Positions 1 through 10,302 of a stretch of DNA of 64,000 nucleotides are shown piece after piece. The translations under genes were made by a program, and so were the position numbers. Origin of the DNA: Anolis carolinensis. Taxonomy: Eukaryota. Where the stretch lies: contig NC_085842.1 in the NCBI RefSeq assembly GCF_035594765.1, forward strand, positions 20,994,782 through 21,058,781, given 5' to 3'. The notes beneath the pieces are model-generated. The model did not search any database. It was given only the letters and a program-made list of their open reading frames with translations, and was not told the origin of the DNA. Position 1 is the stretch's first letter, and each line of letters starts with the position of its first letter.

Positions 1-436
1 ACTAGAAGACCTTTTCAGTGGTTGTTCTCAGACAGACTTTAGATTTCCTTCTATAGAGAGACCAGGATAATCTCTTTTCCATCTGGAACAAGTCTCTCTT
101 AATTGAAGGTTGCTTAGCATTCTTACTACTGGATAAACACAGATGTCTATTCTAAACAATGTAATGAGCTATACAATGCTCAGTCCTATGGCATATAACA
201 CAAAAGTATCTTACTCAATATTGTAAATCAAACATGATGATATAAGTCTCTGCAGTCCTAAAAGGATGTAATTGGCTTAAAGGCAAACCGATTCAGAGTC
301 TCTGCAGTTCTGGAAGGATTCCTCAGGACTCCACAGGTTTAGAATCAATGGTAAAGCCAAGGAGACAGAATCAATGCTGATGTAGATCCTGAGTAGCTGG
401 TTATTGACTGGAGTAGGTGGTAATATAGCCGTTTAA

Positions 437-1221
437 TAGGTATGTCCAAAAAATCGTTTTGAATCTTATATCGGATTTATATCGGATTTATATCAGATTA
501 TTCTCGCTTTTTGAGACGCATTCCGAGACGTTGTCTCACAGCGCAACCGGCAATGTAATTTGAACCATCGTTGGCCCATTCTCTAATTGTCTCTTAATGC
601 TTCATTAATTTTTTTCCATATTATTAAAAAATGATCTAGCTTTCAATTTCGTTAAGAATAGTTATTGCTGGATCATAGCATACCTTTGCAGAATCAGTAG
701 TCTATTTCATTAAGAAGGCATTGCCTTTCAGGCTTGTGGGATCACATAGCCAGAAACACCATTGGTTTCCAGAGTTCTTGCTTACAAATATAGCAAGGGA
801 ATTTATAGTTTTCAAAGTATCTATGCACTCCTTGCCAGGGCATTGCTTGGCGTGGTCACTGGTCCAGTGTATTATAAAAAGTTATGAAAATTCACCAAAA
901 ATCATAGGAGACAGGAAACGTTCTGCAATTTGTTGAGCTAAGAGTGTTGAATGTGTTCTCCCACTGTACCAAATTTGATGAGGATAACTCAAGAAATGAG
1001 GGCGGGAGAGCCCTGTAAAAGCCCCCCCCCCCGGTTCCTATTTTTGGCGATTGCGCATGCGTGTCCGCCATTTTAGAAACATTTAGAATCATTAAGAATT
1101 TTCGGAAATATCCGAAATTTTTGGGTGAAAAATTCGGAAATACTTTCTATATCGAAGCGCCAGCGCCCCCTACTTTAAAAACGAGAATTGAAACATTTTT
1201 TTCATCGATTGGACATGCCTA
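437..1221. mobile_element. Non-autonomous hAT DNA transposon
   Basis: TIR TAGG(T/C)ATGTCCAA at both ends. 8-bp TSD CCGTTTAA (429-436) / CCGTTTAC (1222-1229). No transposase ORF. Confidence 0.8.
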
Positions 1222-1578
1222 CCGTTTACAACTGGTTCCCGGGTTTTATCCCAGTTTCGATAACCCTTCTTCTGGTAAGCAACAAATGTTTTATAGTTTC
1301 TTTATTGATGGCTCTGCTTCAGGTATTCTTAACGGAAATACAAAATAAAAGGACATTTGTCTAATGTTGTGCTCTTTATAAGATATAAAACATAAATTAT
1401 ATAGACCTTGTGAGCACTGATTTTGTGAATGTAATATGTATATATTGTGTACATACATATTGTGTACTACTTATGTTTTGAACCATCATTGTGTTTTGTA
1501 TAGCTCATTACATTGTTCAGCATTCTTGCCAACAAAGATCCCTAACTCTGTGAAATGATGATCTTGCAAAGCTCTCAC

Positions 1579-1992
1579 CTGCCTCTCTCCCATCCTTTTC
1601 TCCGCTGCGTGGCTGAGGAGGAATCCTTCTGCCAGGGCCACGGCCTGGGCACTGCTCTCTGCCCCACATTCCCGGACCCAGCTCTCCATTTCCGCAGGAA
1701 GGATGGCCAGAAATTGCTCCAGCACCACCAGGTCCAGCATCTCCGCCTTGGTGTGTCTTTCTGGCTGCAGCCATTGCCGACAAAGGGAATAAAGCCGGCT
1801 GCAAACCCTCCGGGGCCCCTCCGTCTCCTTGTAGCAGAACCTCTTGAAGTGCTGGCGCTGCAAATCTGAACTGAACGCATCCATTTCCAGGTTCTTCTGT
1901 GTATTTTCTTCCTCAAAAGTTCCACTAGGCTGAGTCTCAATGAGAGGAGGGCATTTTCCAAGCTTGGGCCCAACAAAGTCTTGCTCTTCCAT
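1579..1992 (-). CDS. Gene A: first coding exon (SCAN domain) of a ZSCAN/ZKSCAN-type zinc-finger gene; downstream exons not identified, probably left of the window
   Basis: Translation [55 protein letters not shown] is a SCAN domain. Acceptor ttgcag| (exon starts 2028), ATG at 1992, phase-0 donor CAG|GTGAGA after 1579. Confidence 0.88.
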
Positions 1993-2343
1993 CTTTCCAG
2001 CTAGGTTTTCCTCTATGGCTAGGCTCCCCTGCAAGGCAAACACATTGGGACTTGAAAGGAGGGAAAATATCTACATTTTTATACATTTATAATAATAATA
2101 ATAAAACTTTATTTATATACCGCCCTATCTCCCGGATGGGACTCAGGGCGGTTTCCAGTCATAAAAACAACACAAACATTACATAACAACATAACACATT
2201 ATTAAGCAAAGTAAAATAATACAATTATAGCAATTATTAACACTTACATGACCAGATCAAGGGGACGGGAACCATAAGCCCAATATATTAAAATGTATCA
2301 TTTTAGGCTAAGGAAATCTTGTACAATATATTTTATACGTATA

Positions 2344-2662
2344 CAGTAGAGTCTCACTTATCCAACATAAATGGGCCGGCAGAATGTTGGATAAGCGAAT
2401 ATGTTGGATAATAAGGAGGCATTAAGGAAAAGCCTATTAAACATCAAATTAGGTTATGATTTTACAAATTAAGCACCAAAACATCAGGTTATACAACAAA
2501 TTTGGCAGAAAAAGTAGCTCAATACGCAGTAATGCTATGTAGTAATTACTGTACGAATTTAGCACCAAAATATCACGATGTATTGAAAACATTGACTACA
2601 AAAATGCGTTTGATAATTCAGAACGCTGGATAAGCAAGTGTTGGATAAGTGAGACTCTACTG
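2344..2662. mobile_element. Tc1/mariner-pogo-type MITE (CAGTAGAGTCTC family)
   Basis: TIR CAGTAGAGTCTCACTTATCCAAC, TA TSD. Six full copies occur in the window. Confidence 0.9.
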
Positions 2663-2726
2663 TATACATTTTATACATTTTTATCCATTTTATAAAACTG
2701 CTGGAAATGTAAACATCAAGAAGGCT

Positions 2727-3130
2727 GTGTTGTCGAAGGCTTTCATGGCCGGGATCACAGGGTTGTTGTATGTTTTCTGGGCTGTCTGGCCATGTTCCAG
2801 AAGCATTCTCTCCTGACGTTTTGCCCACATCTATGGCAGGCATCCTCAGAGTTGTGAGATCTGTTGGAAACTGAACAAGTGGATTTTATCTATCTGTGGA
2901 ATAATGTCCTGGGTGGGAGAAAGAGTTCTTCTGTGTCTGAGACAGGTATGAATGTTGCAATTCGCCACCTCAATTAGCATTGAAAGGCCTTGCAGTTTCA
3001 AAGCCTGGCTGCTTCCTGCCTGGGGGATAGTTTGTTGAGAAGTGTTAGATGGCCCTGATTGTTTCCTGTCTGGAATTCCCCTGTTTTCTGAGTGTAGTTC
3101 TTTATTTACTGTCCTGATTTTAGAGTTTAG
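2727..3130 (-). mobile_element. Penelope-like retroelement 3' fragment
   Basis: Reverse complement of the sequence that follows the GIY-YIG coding fragment at 48150-48781. Confidence 0.8.
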
Positions 3131-3169
3131 CTGATTTCAGGGCCAGCTAACACCCAACAAGAAGGCTCA

Positions 3170-3739
3170 TATTACCACATGTGGTGGTCATGTGAGGAAA
3201 CAGAAAAATATTGGAAAATGATCCACAGTGAATGTAAAAAAAATAATAATACTACAAGTAGACTTTCCAATGAATCCAGAAGTACATCTATTAGGAATGT
3301 TTGATGCAGAGTTTTTCAAGAATTCTAATACAGATAAATTGTTTACTTTTTTCATAACGGCAGCTAGAATGGTCTTCGCGAAATTTTGGAAGCAAGATCT
3401 AACCCCTACAAAAATACAGTGGTTAGACAAAATAAGAGAAATAAATAATATGGACAAATTGACCTTTCTGTTAAAACAAAGTAATGGAAAGGGAATGAAA
3501 ATGACAGACTGAACTAATTTCAAGGACTATTTAAAAAAGGATAAATAAGACATGATTATAATAAGGTATAAAAACTGAGGAAAAGAATAAGTGATTTCCC
3601 CCCCCTTTTTTTGGAAAGAGAGATAGGAACATGGACTCTCACCCAGAGTTCCTATAAAGGGAAAAGGAAGAAGAATGGAAGTCAACTAATTATTATTATT
3701 ATTTTATTATGACATAGCAAACAAGATAGATATGCTGGA

Positions 3740-3794
<55 letters not shown>

Positions 3795-3945
3795 CATCTT
3801 TTCCTTTTTTAATAGACTTTTTTAAATTATACGCTTCTCTTATGCTTATTATTTCTTTCACACTCCTATCCTATCTATAATTTGTTCTCACTCTTTTGCT
3901 GTATATATCACTTGAATTGTCAATAAAAATGTTTTTTTAAAAAGA
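3170..3945 (+). mobile_element. L1/Tx1-clade LINE ORF2 C-terminus plus 3' UTR
   Basis: Reads HMWWSC...FITAARMVFAKFWK...W, typical of the L1-clade ORF2 end. AATAAA and an A-rich tail lie near 3922-3945. Confidence 0.7.
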
Positions 3946-4037
3946 AAGGAAGGCACATAAAGGCAAGCACGATGCTAAATGAAAAGCAAGCAAGGGGTGT
4001 TAACCTGGAACCATGCTTTGCAGAAACAAGCAACACT

Positions 4038-4280
4038 TAGAATCATAGAATTGGAAGAGACCACATGGGCCATCCAGTCCAACCCCCCTGACACGCAGGA
4101 AAAGCACAATCAAAGCACCCCTGACAGATGGCCATCCAGCCTCTGTTTATAAGCCTCCAAGGAAGGAGCTTCCACCAGACTCCGAGGCAGAGAGTTCCAC
4201 TGTTAAGCAGCTCTTACAGTCAGCAAGTTATTCCTTATGTTCAAGTTCACTCTCCCTTCCTATCATTTGAACCCACTGCT
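4038..4280 (-). mobile_element. CR1 LINE 3' end
   Basis: Reverse (ATTCTATG)-type tail tagaatcatagaat followed by CR1 3' UTR and RT-end sequence. Confidence 0.8.
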
Positions 4281-4663
4281 GTCACATTAATATGATGTAC
4301 ACATTTGATAAATGTGGATTTAATATGTGTGGGTATGGATGAAACTGTATGAAAGTTCAAGTTGGGAGTTGAAGTCCAAAACATCTGGAGGACCAAATTT
4401 TGCCTATGCCATGAGGCTTGGGAAAATTTGAATCATCAATCAGTCATGAACTTCACTACGGGCCTTTGTAGACTTTTGCGTCTGTATTAATAATCTTACT
4501 ATGAAACCGAATCCCGCAAATGATGTACCATGTTGGAAAACAAACGGTGTACCATGTTGGAAAACAGCCAGGAGAACGGATCAGGGATGGAAAAAAACAA
4601 GACTTTGCTCACGTGAGTTTGAAAAAAGGCTTTCCTTCTATTCTCACTCAGTAGAGAGGAACT

Positions 4664-4860
4664 ATGGAGGAAAACAGCCTGCGGGATGATGTGTTCGCTT
4701 CAGATTTACGGCGCCGACAACTGAGGCAATTCTACTACAAGGAAGCAGAGAGCACCTGGGGGCTTTACAACCAGCTCCCCTTTGTCTGCTGCCAGTGGCT
4801 CAAGCCAGCAAGGCAGAGCAAAGCTGAGATGGTGGTGGACCTGGCAGAAGGCTTCAAAGA
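4664..4860 (+). pseudogene. Internally deleted SCAN-domain remnant, inverted relative to the cluster
   Basis: SDLRRRQLRQFYYKEAE...CCQWLKPARQSKAEM joined directly to VDLAEGF. About 30 aa of the SCAN core is missing and a stop follows. Confidence 0.8.
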
Positions 4861-4926
4861 AAACACAAGCCGCAACAGTTTCTAATTTCCTAACATTGGC
4901 TTCAGCACTGACAGACTTCTATCAGT

Positions 4927-5230
4927 CAGGGCCCCCTGGTGGTGCAGCGGGTTAAACCACTGAGCCGCTGAACTTGCTGACCGAAAGGTTGGTGGTTCGA
5001 GTTCGGGGAGTAGAGTGATCTCCGACTGTTAGGTCCTAGCAGTTCAAAAACATGCAAATGTGAGTAGATCATTAGATACTGCTCCAGCGGGAAGGTAACA
5101 GCGCTCCATGCAGTCATGCCGGCCACATGACCTTGGGGGTGTCTTTGGACAACGCCGGCCCTTCGGATTAGAAATGGAGATGAGCACCAACCCCCAGATT
5201 AGACTTAATGTCAGGGGAAATCTTTACCTT
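4927..5230 (+). mobile_element. Sauria-type SINE
   Basis: tRNA-like head (ggtggtgcagcgggttaaacc...ggttcgag), conserved core, (ACCTTT)n tail, flanking direct repeat of about 32 bp. Confidence 0.9.
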
Positions 5231-5272
5231 TAACATTGGCTTCAGCACTGACAGATTTCTATACTCGAGCGC

Positions 5273-5880
5273 ACTCAAGGCTCAACAGCTTTCTCACAGG
5301 CTCAAGGCTCAACCTCCTCCTCACAGGCTTAAGGCTCAACTGCCTCTTCACAGGATCAAGGCTCAACCGCCTCTTCACAGGCTCAAGGCTCAACCGCCTC
5401 CTCACAGGCTCAAGGCTCAACCGCCTCCTCACAGGATCAAGGCTCAACCGCCTCTTCACAGGCTCAAGGTGCAACCGCCTCCTCAAAGGATCAAGGTGCA
5501 ACCGCCTTCTCACAGGATCAAGGATCAACCGCCTCCTCACAGGCTCAAGGCTCAACCTCCTCCTCATGAGCTCAAGGCTCAACCTCCTCCTCACGGGATC
5601 AAGGCTCAACAGCCTTCTCACAGGCTCAAGGCTCAACTGCCTCCTCACAGGCTCAAGGCTCAACCGACTTCTCACAGGATCAAGGCTCAACTGCCTCCTT
5701 ACGGGCTCAAGGCTCAACCTCCTCCTCACGGGCTCAAGGCTCAACCAACTTCTCACGGGCTCAAGGCTCAACAGCCTTCTCACGGGCTCAAGGCTCAACA
5801 GCCTTCTCACAGGCTCAAGGCTCAACCGTCTTTTCACAGGATCAAGGCTCAACCTCCTTCTCACAGACTCAGGGCTCAAC
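5273..5880. repeat. 27-bp minisatellite, about 22 copies (CTCAAGGCTCAACCGCCTCCTCACAGG)
   Basis: Directly visible tandem array. It produces 9-aa periodic ORFs in three frames. Confidence 0.97.
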
Positions 5881-6112
5881 TGACTTCTCTAACTGTCATC
5901 CTGATTCAAGCTGAACATTCTAAACTGTCACTGAGTCAGTCACGTGACCTGCATCCCCTCTCACTGCTTTTGGTATATAGAGATGAGGTAAGTGCAAACT
6001 ACAAATAAATATAAACTTCAGGTTATTAAACAACGTATCACAAACTTCACATCGAGGAGGCTTGGGAAGGCTGCTTCCTCCAATAATAGTTTTATTCGCC
6101 TTTTCCCCTGAA

Positions 6113-6192
6113 ACACAGCCTACACAATACTTGGTACTAGATGATGGTCTCCCACCCAAGTACTCACCGGGGCTGCCCCTGCTTAGCTTCCC
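6113..6192 (-). pseudogene. Degenerate 5S rRNA-derived fragment (5S pseudogene or SINE3 head)
   Basis: cagcctac...ggtctcccacccaagtactcacc...ccctgcttagcttcc resembles the reverse complement of the 5S rRNA 3' half. Confidence 0.65.
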
Positions 6193-6610
6193 AACTAATA
6201 TGTGGCATGGAATTCCCAGAGACGTTTTTGCTGATCCTTGGGGCAGAGTCACACTCTCTCAGCCTCAAAAGGAAAATAAATCCAACCTTCTTCTGAACAA
6301 ACCTTGCCAAGAAAACCCAGAGTGGACTCAAGAATAACAATTGGAAAGAGGAAGAAAAGAGAGGAAAGGGGTGGGGGGTAAAGAAAAAGAGTGGGTCAAA
6401 GAAATCAGCTCCTTTTTGGCCCCATATTCTCTTTCTTCCCAATTTTCTTTTGCATCTTGCAAGGAGGAAAAGGAACAAGCAGAAGCTGGAACCCCCCCCC
6501 CCCCTTTTATTCTTTTCCCTTCAGACTCTGTGCCCCCCACTTTTCCCCCTAAATAACCCTTGCAATGGGGAAAACAATTGTTTTTTTTTTCTTTTTTGCA
6601 AATTCCTCAC

Positions 6611-6745
6611 CTCCTGGGCTCTATTCGAAGGCTGGGATGGAGCCAACCAACTAAGGGTGAATGGGAGAGGAAGAAGGCACCCCTACTGCAGCAACGTGGT
6701 CTCTCCTTCTCTTAAAGGGGCCGCTGCTATTTTCCCCCCTGCGCA
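6611..6745 (-). promoter_or_regulatory. Candidate non-coding first exon/promoter of gene A
   Basis: Consensus donor GAG|GTGAGG after 6611, locally GC-richer non-TE sequence, ACTACAACTCCCAG motif at about 6883. No transcript evidence. Confidence 0.35.
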
Positions 6746-7289
6746 AAGGTGCATCTCCACTGTAGAAGGAAAGCAGTTTGATACTATTTTAACTGCTGTG
6801 GCTCGTGGCTGTGGAATCCTGGGAAGTGTGGGTTGACAAGGACTTTGGCCTTCTCTGCTAACAAGTGTTGGAACTTCCCCAAACTACAACTCCCAGGATT
6901 CCTTTCCCTAGGAGATATGAAATGGAGCAGACAAAAGGGCTTGGCATCCTTGCTATCTCATAGTTTGGTGTGCACACATGTGTTTCATGCTTTAAATTGT
7001 TAAAAAATAGTGTGTATAAAATTACTTCCGGGCTATGGTGTTATCGAGCAATGGTGTTATCTAGCCACAATAATCCCCCCAAAGATGTATAATTCAGAAA
7101 GGGCTAATAAATAAATACATTATGTTTAAAAGACCCTTTCCAGACTTGCGCAAGTTCAAAGCATCAGAAGATTGAGACTGAAACTTCTAACTCTATATCT
7201 AACCCTTTCATAAATTGTATCTGTTCTTCATGACTTTCTAGATATCTTGTATCTTTCTGCATGCTGGTATCTATTTCATATACAATATA

Positions 7290-7623
7290 TGGGAGTCCCC
7301 CGGTGGTGCAGCGGGTTAAACCACTGAGCTGCTGAATTTGAGGACAGAAAGGCTGGCGTTTCAAATCCAGGGAGTGGTTTGAGCTCCCACTGTTAGCCCC
7401 AGCTTCTGCCAATCTAGCAGTTCAAAAACATGCAAATGTGAGTAGACCAATAGGTACCGCTCCAGTGAGAAGGTAATGGTGCTCCATGCAGTCATGCCGG
7501 CCACATGACTTTGAAGGTGTCCACGGACAATGCTGGCTCTTTGGCTTAGAAATGAAGATGAGCACCAACCCCCAGAGTAAAACATGATGAGATTTAATGT
7601 CAGGGGAAAACCTTTAACTTTAC
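7290..7623 (+). mobile_element. Sauria-type SINE
   Basis: Same family as 4927-5230. Confidence 0.88.
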
Positions 7624-7851
7624 TATAAAATATCGTATAAACTTCTTTATCAAAATGTAACCATACAAGCTCTGAGACATTCAACTCTTCTAAACTCTGC
7701 TGAGGAATTTCCTAAAAACAGGAAAGTTGAGTAAGCCCCTCTGGCTGTTTCCCAGACAGATAATCACTCAAATCCACTGTTCATGTATATGCAGAGATCG
7801 GTGATTTTCTTCCCAGTCAGACCAGATAAACCCAAGTCTATCTAGTTATAT

Positions 7852-8420
7852 CAGTGGTTCCCAACCGGTGGTCCGTACACCAGTGGCCCCCAAGAACTAA
7901 AATTTGGTCTGCGCCCTCACCATTATTACACCATTGCAACGAGAGCAACTGGTCTCACGAAACCCTCTTATAGTGATGAGGCAACAGGGATGTCAGGAGG
8001 GGAGAGGCTGACTACTCACAAAAGGCATGACAACAAGCCTCCTGACTGCTGCTTCTCCTCCATCCTCCCCCGAACGGAGCCGTTCCATGTGGCCCCTAGA
8101 AGTAGAGGCGCCTTGGTGTCTTCATTTTTAGGCATGTTCCTGGTGTTATTTGCAGTGCTGATTCAGAAAATTGCTTGGATAAACCACATCAGCTCTAGGT
8201 TATTAAATATGGTTTTCTGTGGGTCAGCAGATGGCAACTACTGGGTGGCATATGTTCTGTATCAGAAACTAGAGCTGATGTGGTCTATCCAGTGCAATTT
8301 TCTGAATCGGTACCCCAAATAACCAAATCAAATCTAAAGTTGACCAAAATCTAATTCGTAATCCTTTTGGTACTAATTTTGGAGAGTGGTCCCTAGTCAA
8401 AAAAAGGTTGGGAATCACCG
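7852..8420. mobile_element. hAT (Charlie-like) non-autonomous element
   Basis: TIR CAGTGGTTCCCAACC...GGTTGGGAATCACCG. 8-bp TSD AGTTATAT/GGTTATAT. Confidence 0.85.
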
Positions 8421-8429
8421 GGTTATATG

Positions 8430-8965
8430 GTTCACCTGAAGCTGAGATTGCTGCTGGCAGAAACAGAAGCTCAGAGTATGCACATGTGTTAAACCTCTTT
8501 ATTAACAGACAAGTCTTTGACTGATCAAGATTATTTACTTTTCTTCCAAGCGCACTGCACCTTTCTTTTCCAAAGCTCCTAACACAGAACTGAACATTTG
8601 AGTCAAATCAACAGCCCATCAATATGTCTTTACCATTTGTTTTCCCCAGACTGTGAGATCCCAGAGGGCTTCTCTGCAGCTGATTGGTCCTTCACGCTGA
8701 CAAATCCCTGGCTGTCATTCTCCCTCCCAGCCAATCCTGGCATGGATCCTAGCAAGCCTTTTTTCTGACCAATCAGGTGAAGGAGTGGAAAGTATGAATA
8801 GCTGTCAGAACTATATAAGATATCTTGTATTTCTCTGTATGTTTATATCTTTGAAGCACATTGCTATACCTTTTGGCCAAATTGAATAAACCTCTGTGGC
8901 TTGTCCTGAAATCGGTGAGTTGTTTTCTCTGTCCTGGCCTATCTGGGTTCAGCATACGCTTACCA
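8430..8965 (+). mobile_element. ERV-like LTR 3' portion (left boundary uncertain, may extend to about 7040)
   Basis: CCAAT boxes (about 8731 and 8769), TATA box ctatataa (8811), AATAAA (8885) and terminal ...TTACCA, in U3-R-U5 order. No TSD confirmed. Confidence 0.5.
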
Positions 8966-9048
8966 GTCACGGATCTTTTTATCCGTGGTCCTAGTTCTTC
9001 ACAAAATTGGGAATAAGGTGTTTGTGAAACATTAGTTTTATAGATTCG

Positions 9049-9989
9049 TGTTGTATCCCAGACCACACCTGAGCTGTCAGGTGAGCTTGAGGTTGGGCAT
9101 GTTCAGCCTGTGATTGTGCCTGCACCTGACCTGTCAGATGAATGAATCTGGGTTGGGACCTAGGATTCCCATATAGCCAGAGTTGGATGAAGCTGCTGTT
9201 CCTGTACAGCCAGAGTTGGTTCCTGAGGATTTTAGGAACAAGTATACAATGGTTTCAAGCAGGCAGCGTGAACCACATTCCTTGGAAGAGTCAAGGTCAA
9301 ACTATCCTTTGGCAGATGGGCATTCCAGTTGTGATAAGAGTAATGAGGTTGACAGAAAGAAAGCAATATGTCAAAAGTGACAAGAAAGGGATGTTCTGAG
9401 AAGGAGCAGAGGGTTGCTAATGAGAAAAGGTTTTGAGCAAACTTCCCATGGAAAGAGGCCTTGATTTCAGCTTTAAGAGGAACACTTCTGACAGAGATTT
9501 TCAGAGGTGGTAAGTTTGCTCATTGAAAGTGTTGTTCCTGTTCATGGACTTATGTTCCTTGCGCCATAGAGTCTTGTTGCATGTTCCTGTGGACTTTCAT
9601 GTCAATTTCATGTAACCTTATATCTTGAGTTTTGTTCTGGTTCTTGTTCTTGCTCTTGGAGAATTTTGGATTACCCAGTTGTTCCTGAATGTTTTGCAGT
9701 TTGGATCGCTTGTTCCAGTCAAAGATCCTGTTCTTTGTTCCAGTTTTCTTCCTGTTCCTTGGACTCATTTTGATACGTTGTCAAAGTTTATTCTTGTGTT
9801 TGATTTTTATGGACTCTTGCTTCAAGACTCCCAAGTAACTTGTATCTGGTGAACTAAAACCTTGTTTCATTTACTTTGAACTATGATTGGCTATTGCTTA
9901 CATATATTCTTCAATAAACAACTTGCTTTGCTTATAATCTGGGGCTCCAGGGTGGTCTTGAGGTATCTCTGCAGTCTAGGGGTGCAACA
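9049..9989 (+). mobile_element. Solo LTR (941 bp)
   Basis: TGTTGTATCCC...GGGTGCAACA inverted termini, 5-bp TSD ATTCG/ATTCA, AATAAA at 9913. Confidence 0.8.
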
Positions 9990-10302
9990 ATTCATAGAAT
10001 TGGAAGAGACCCCAAGGGCCATCCAGTCAACCCTCTGCCATGCAGGAATGCACAATCAAAGCCCTCATGACAGATGTCCATCCAGCCTCTGCTTATAAGC
10101 CTCGAAAGAAGGAGACGCCACAACAGCCACATGCAAACTTCTGCCCTTCGGGTGTCTTGGACTTCAACTCCCACCATTCCTAACGGCCTCAGGCCCTTCC
10201 TTTCCCCCTTCAACCGCAAAAGTGGAGGGCTGAACATATATGGGAACATCTGTTTAAGTCATAAGTTAGGTGGCATGTCAACACTTTCTACATTTCAAGC
10301 AT

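Noticed and set aside
4927-5000. tRNA genes at SINE heads
   Set aside because: The A/B-box heads continue into SINE bodies, and no complete cloverleaf is supportable.
5259-5879. 206-266 aa repetitive ORFs as real proteins
   Set aside because: A 27-bp unit without stops explains the open frames. The ATG of the longest ORF lies inside a SINE.
5273-5880. CRISPR array or PRDM9 hotspot motif
   Set aside because: The context is eukaryotic and there are no unique spacers. The unit does not fit CCNCCNTNNCCNC.
4449-6050. AACTTCAC 8-bp direct repeats as the TSD of one large element
   Set aside because: There are no matching TIRs or TG..CA termini just inside them, so they are likely chance.
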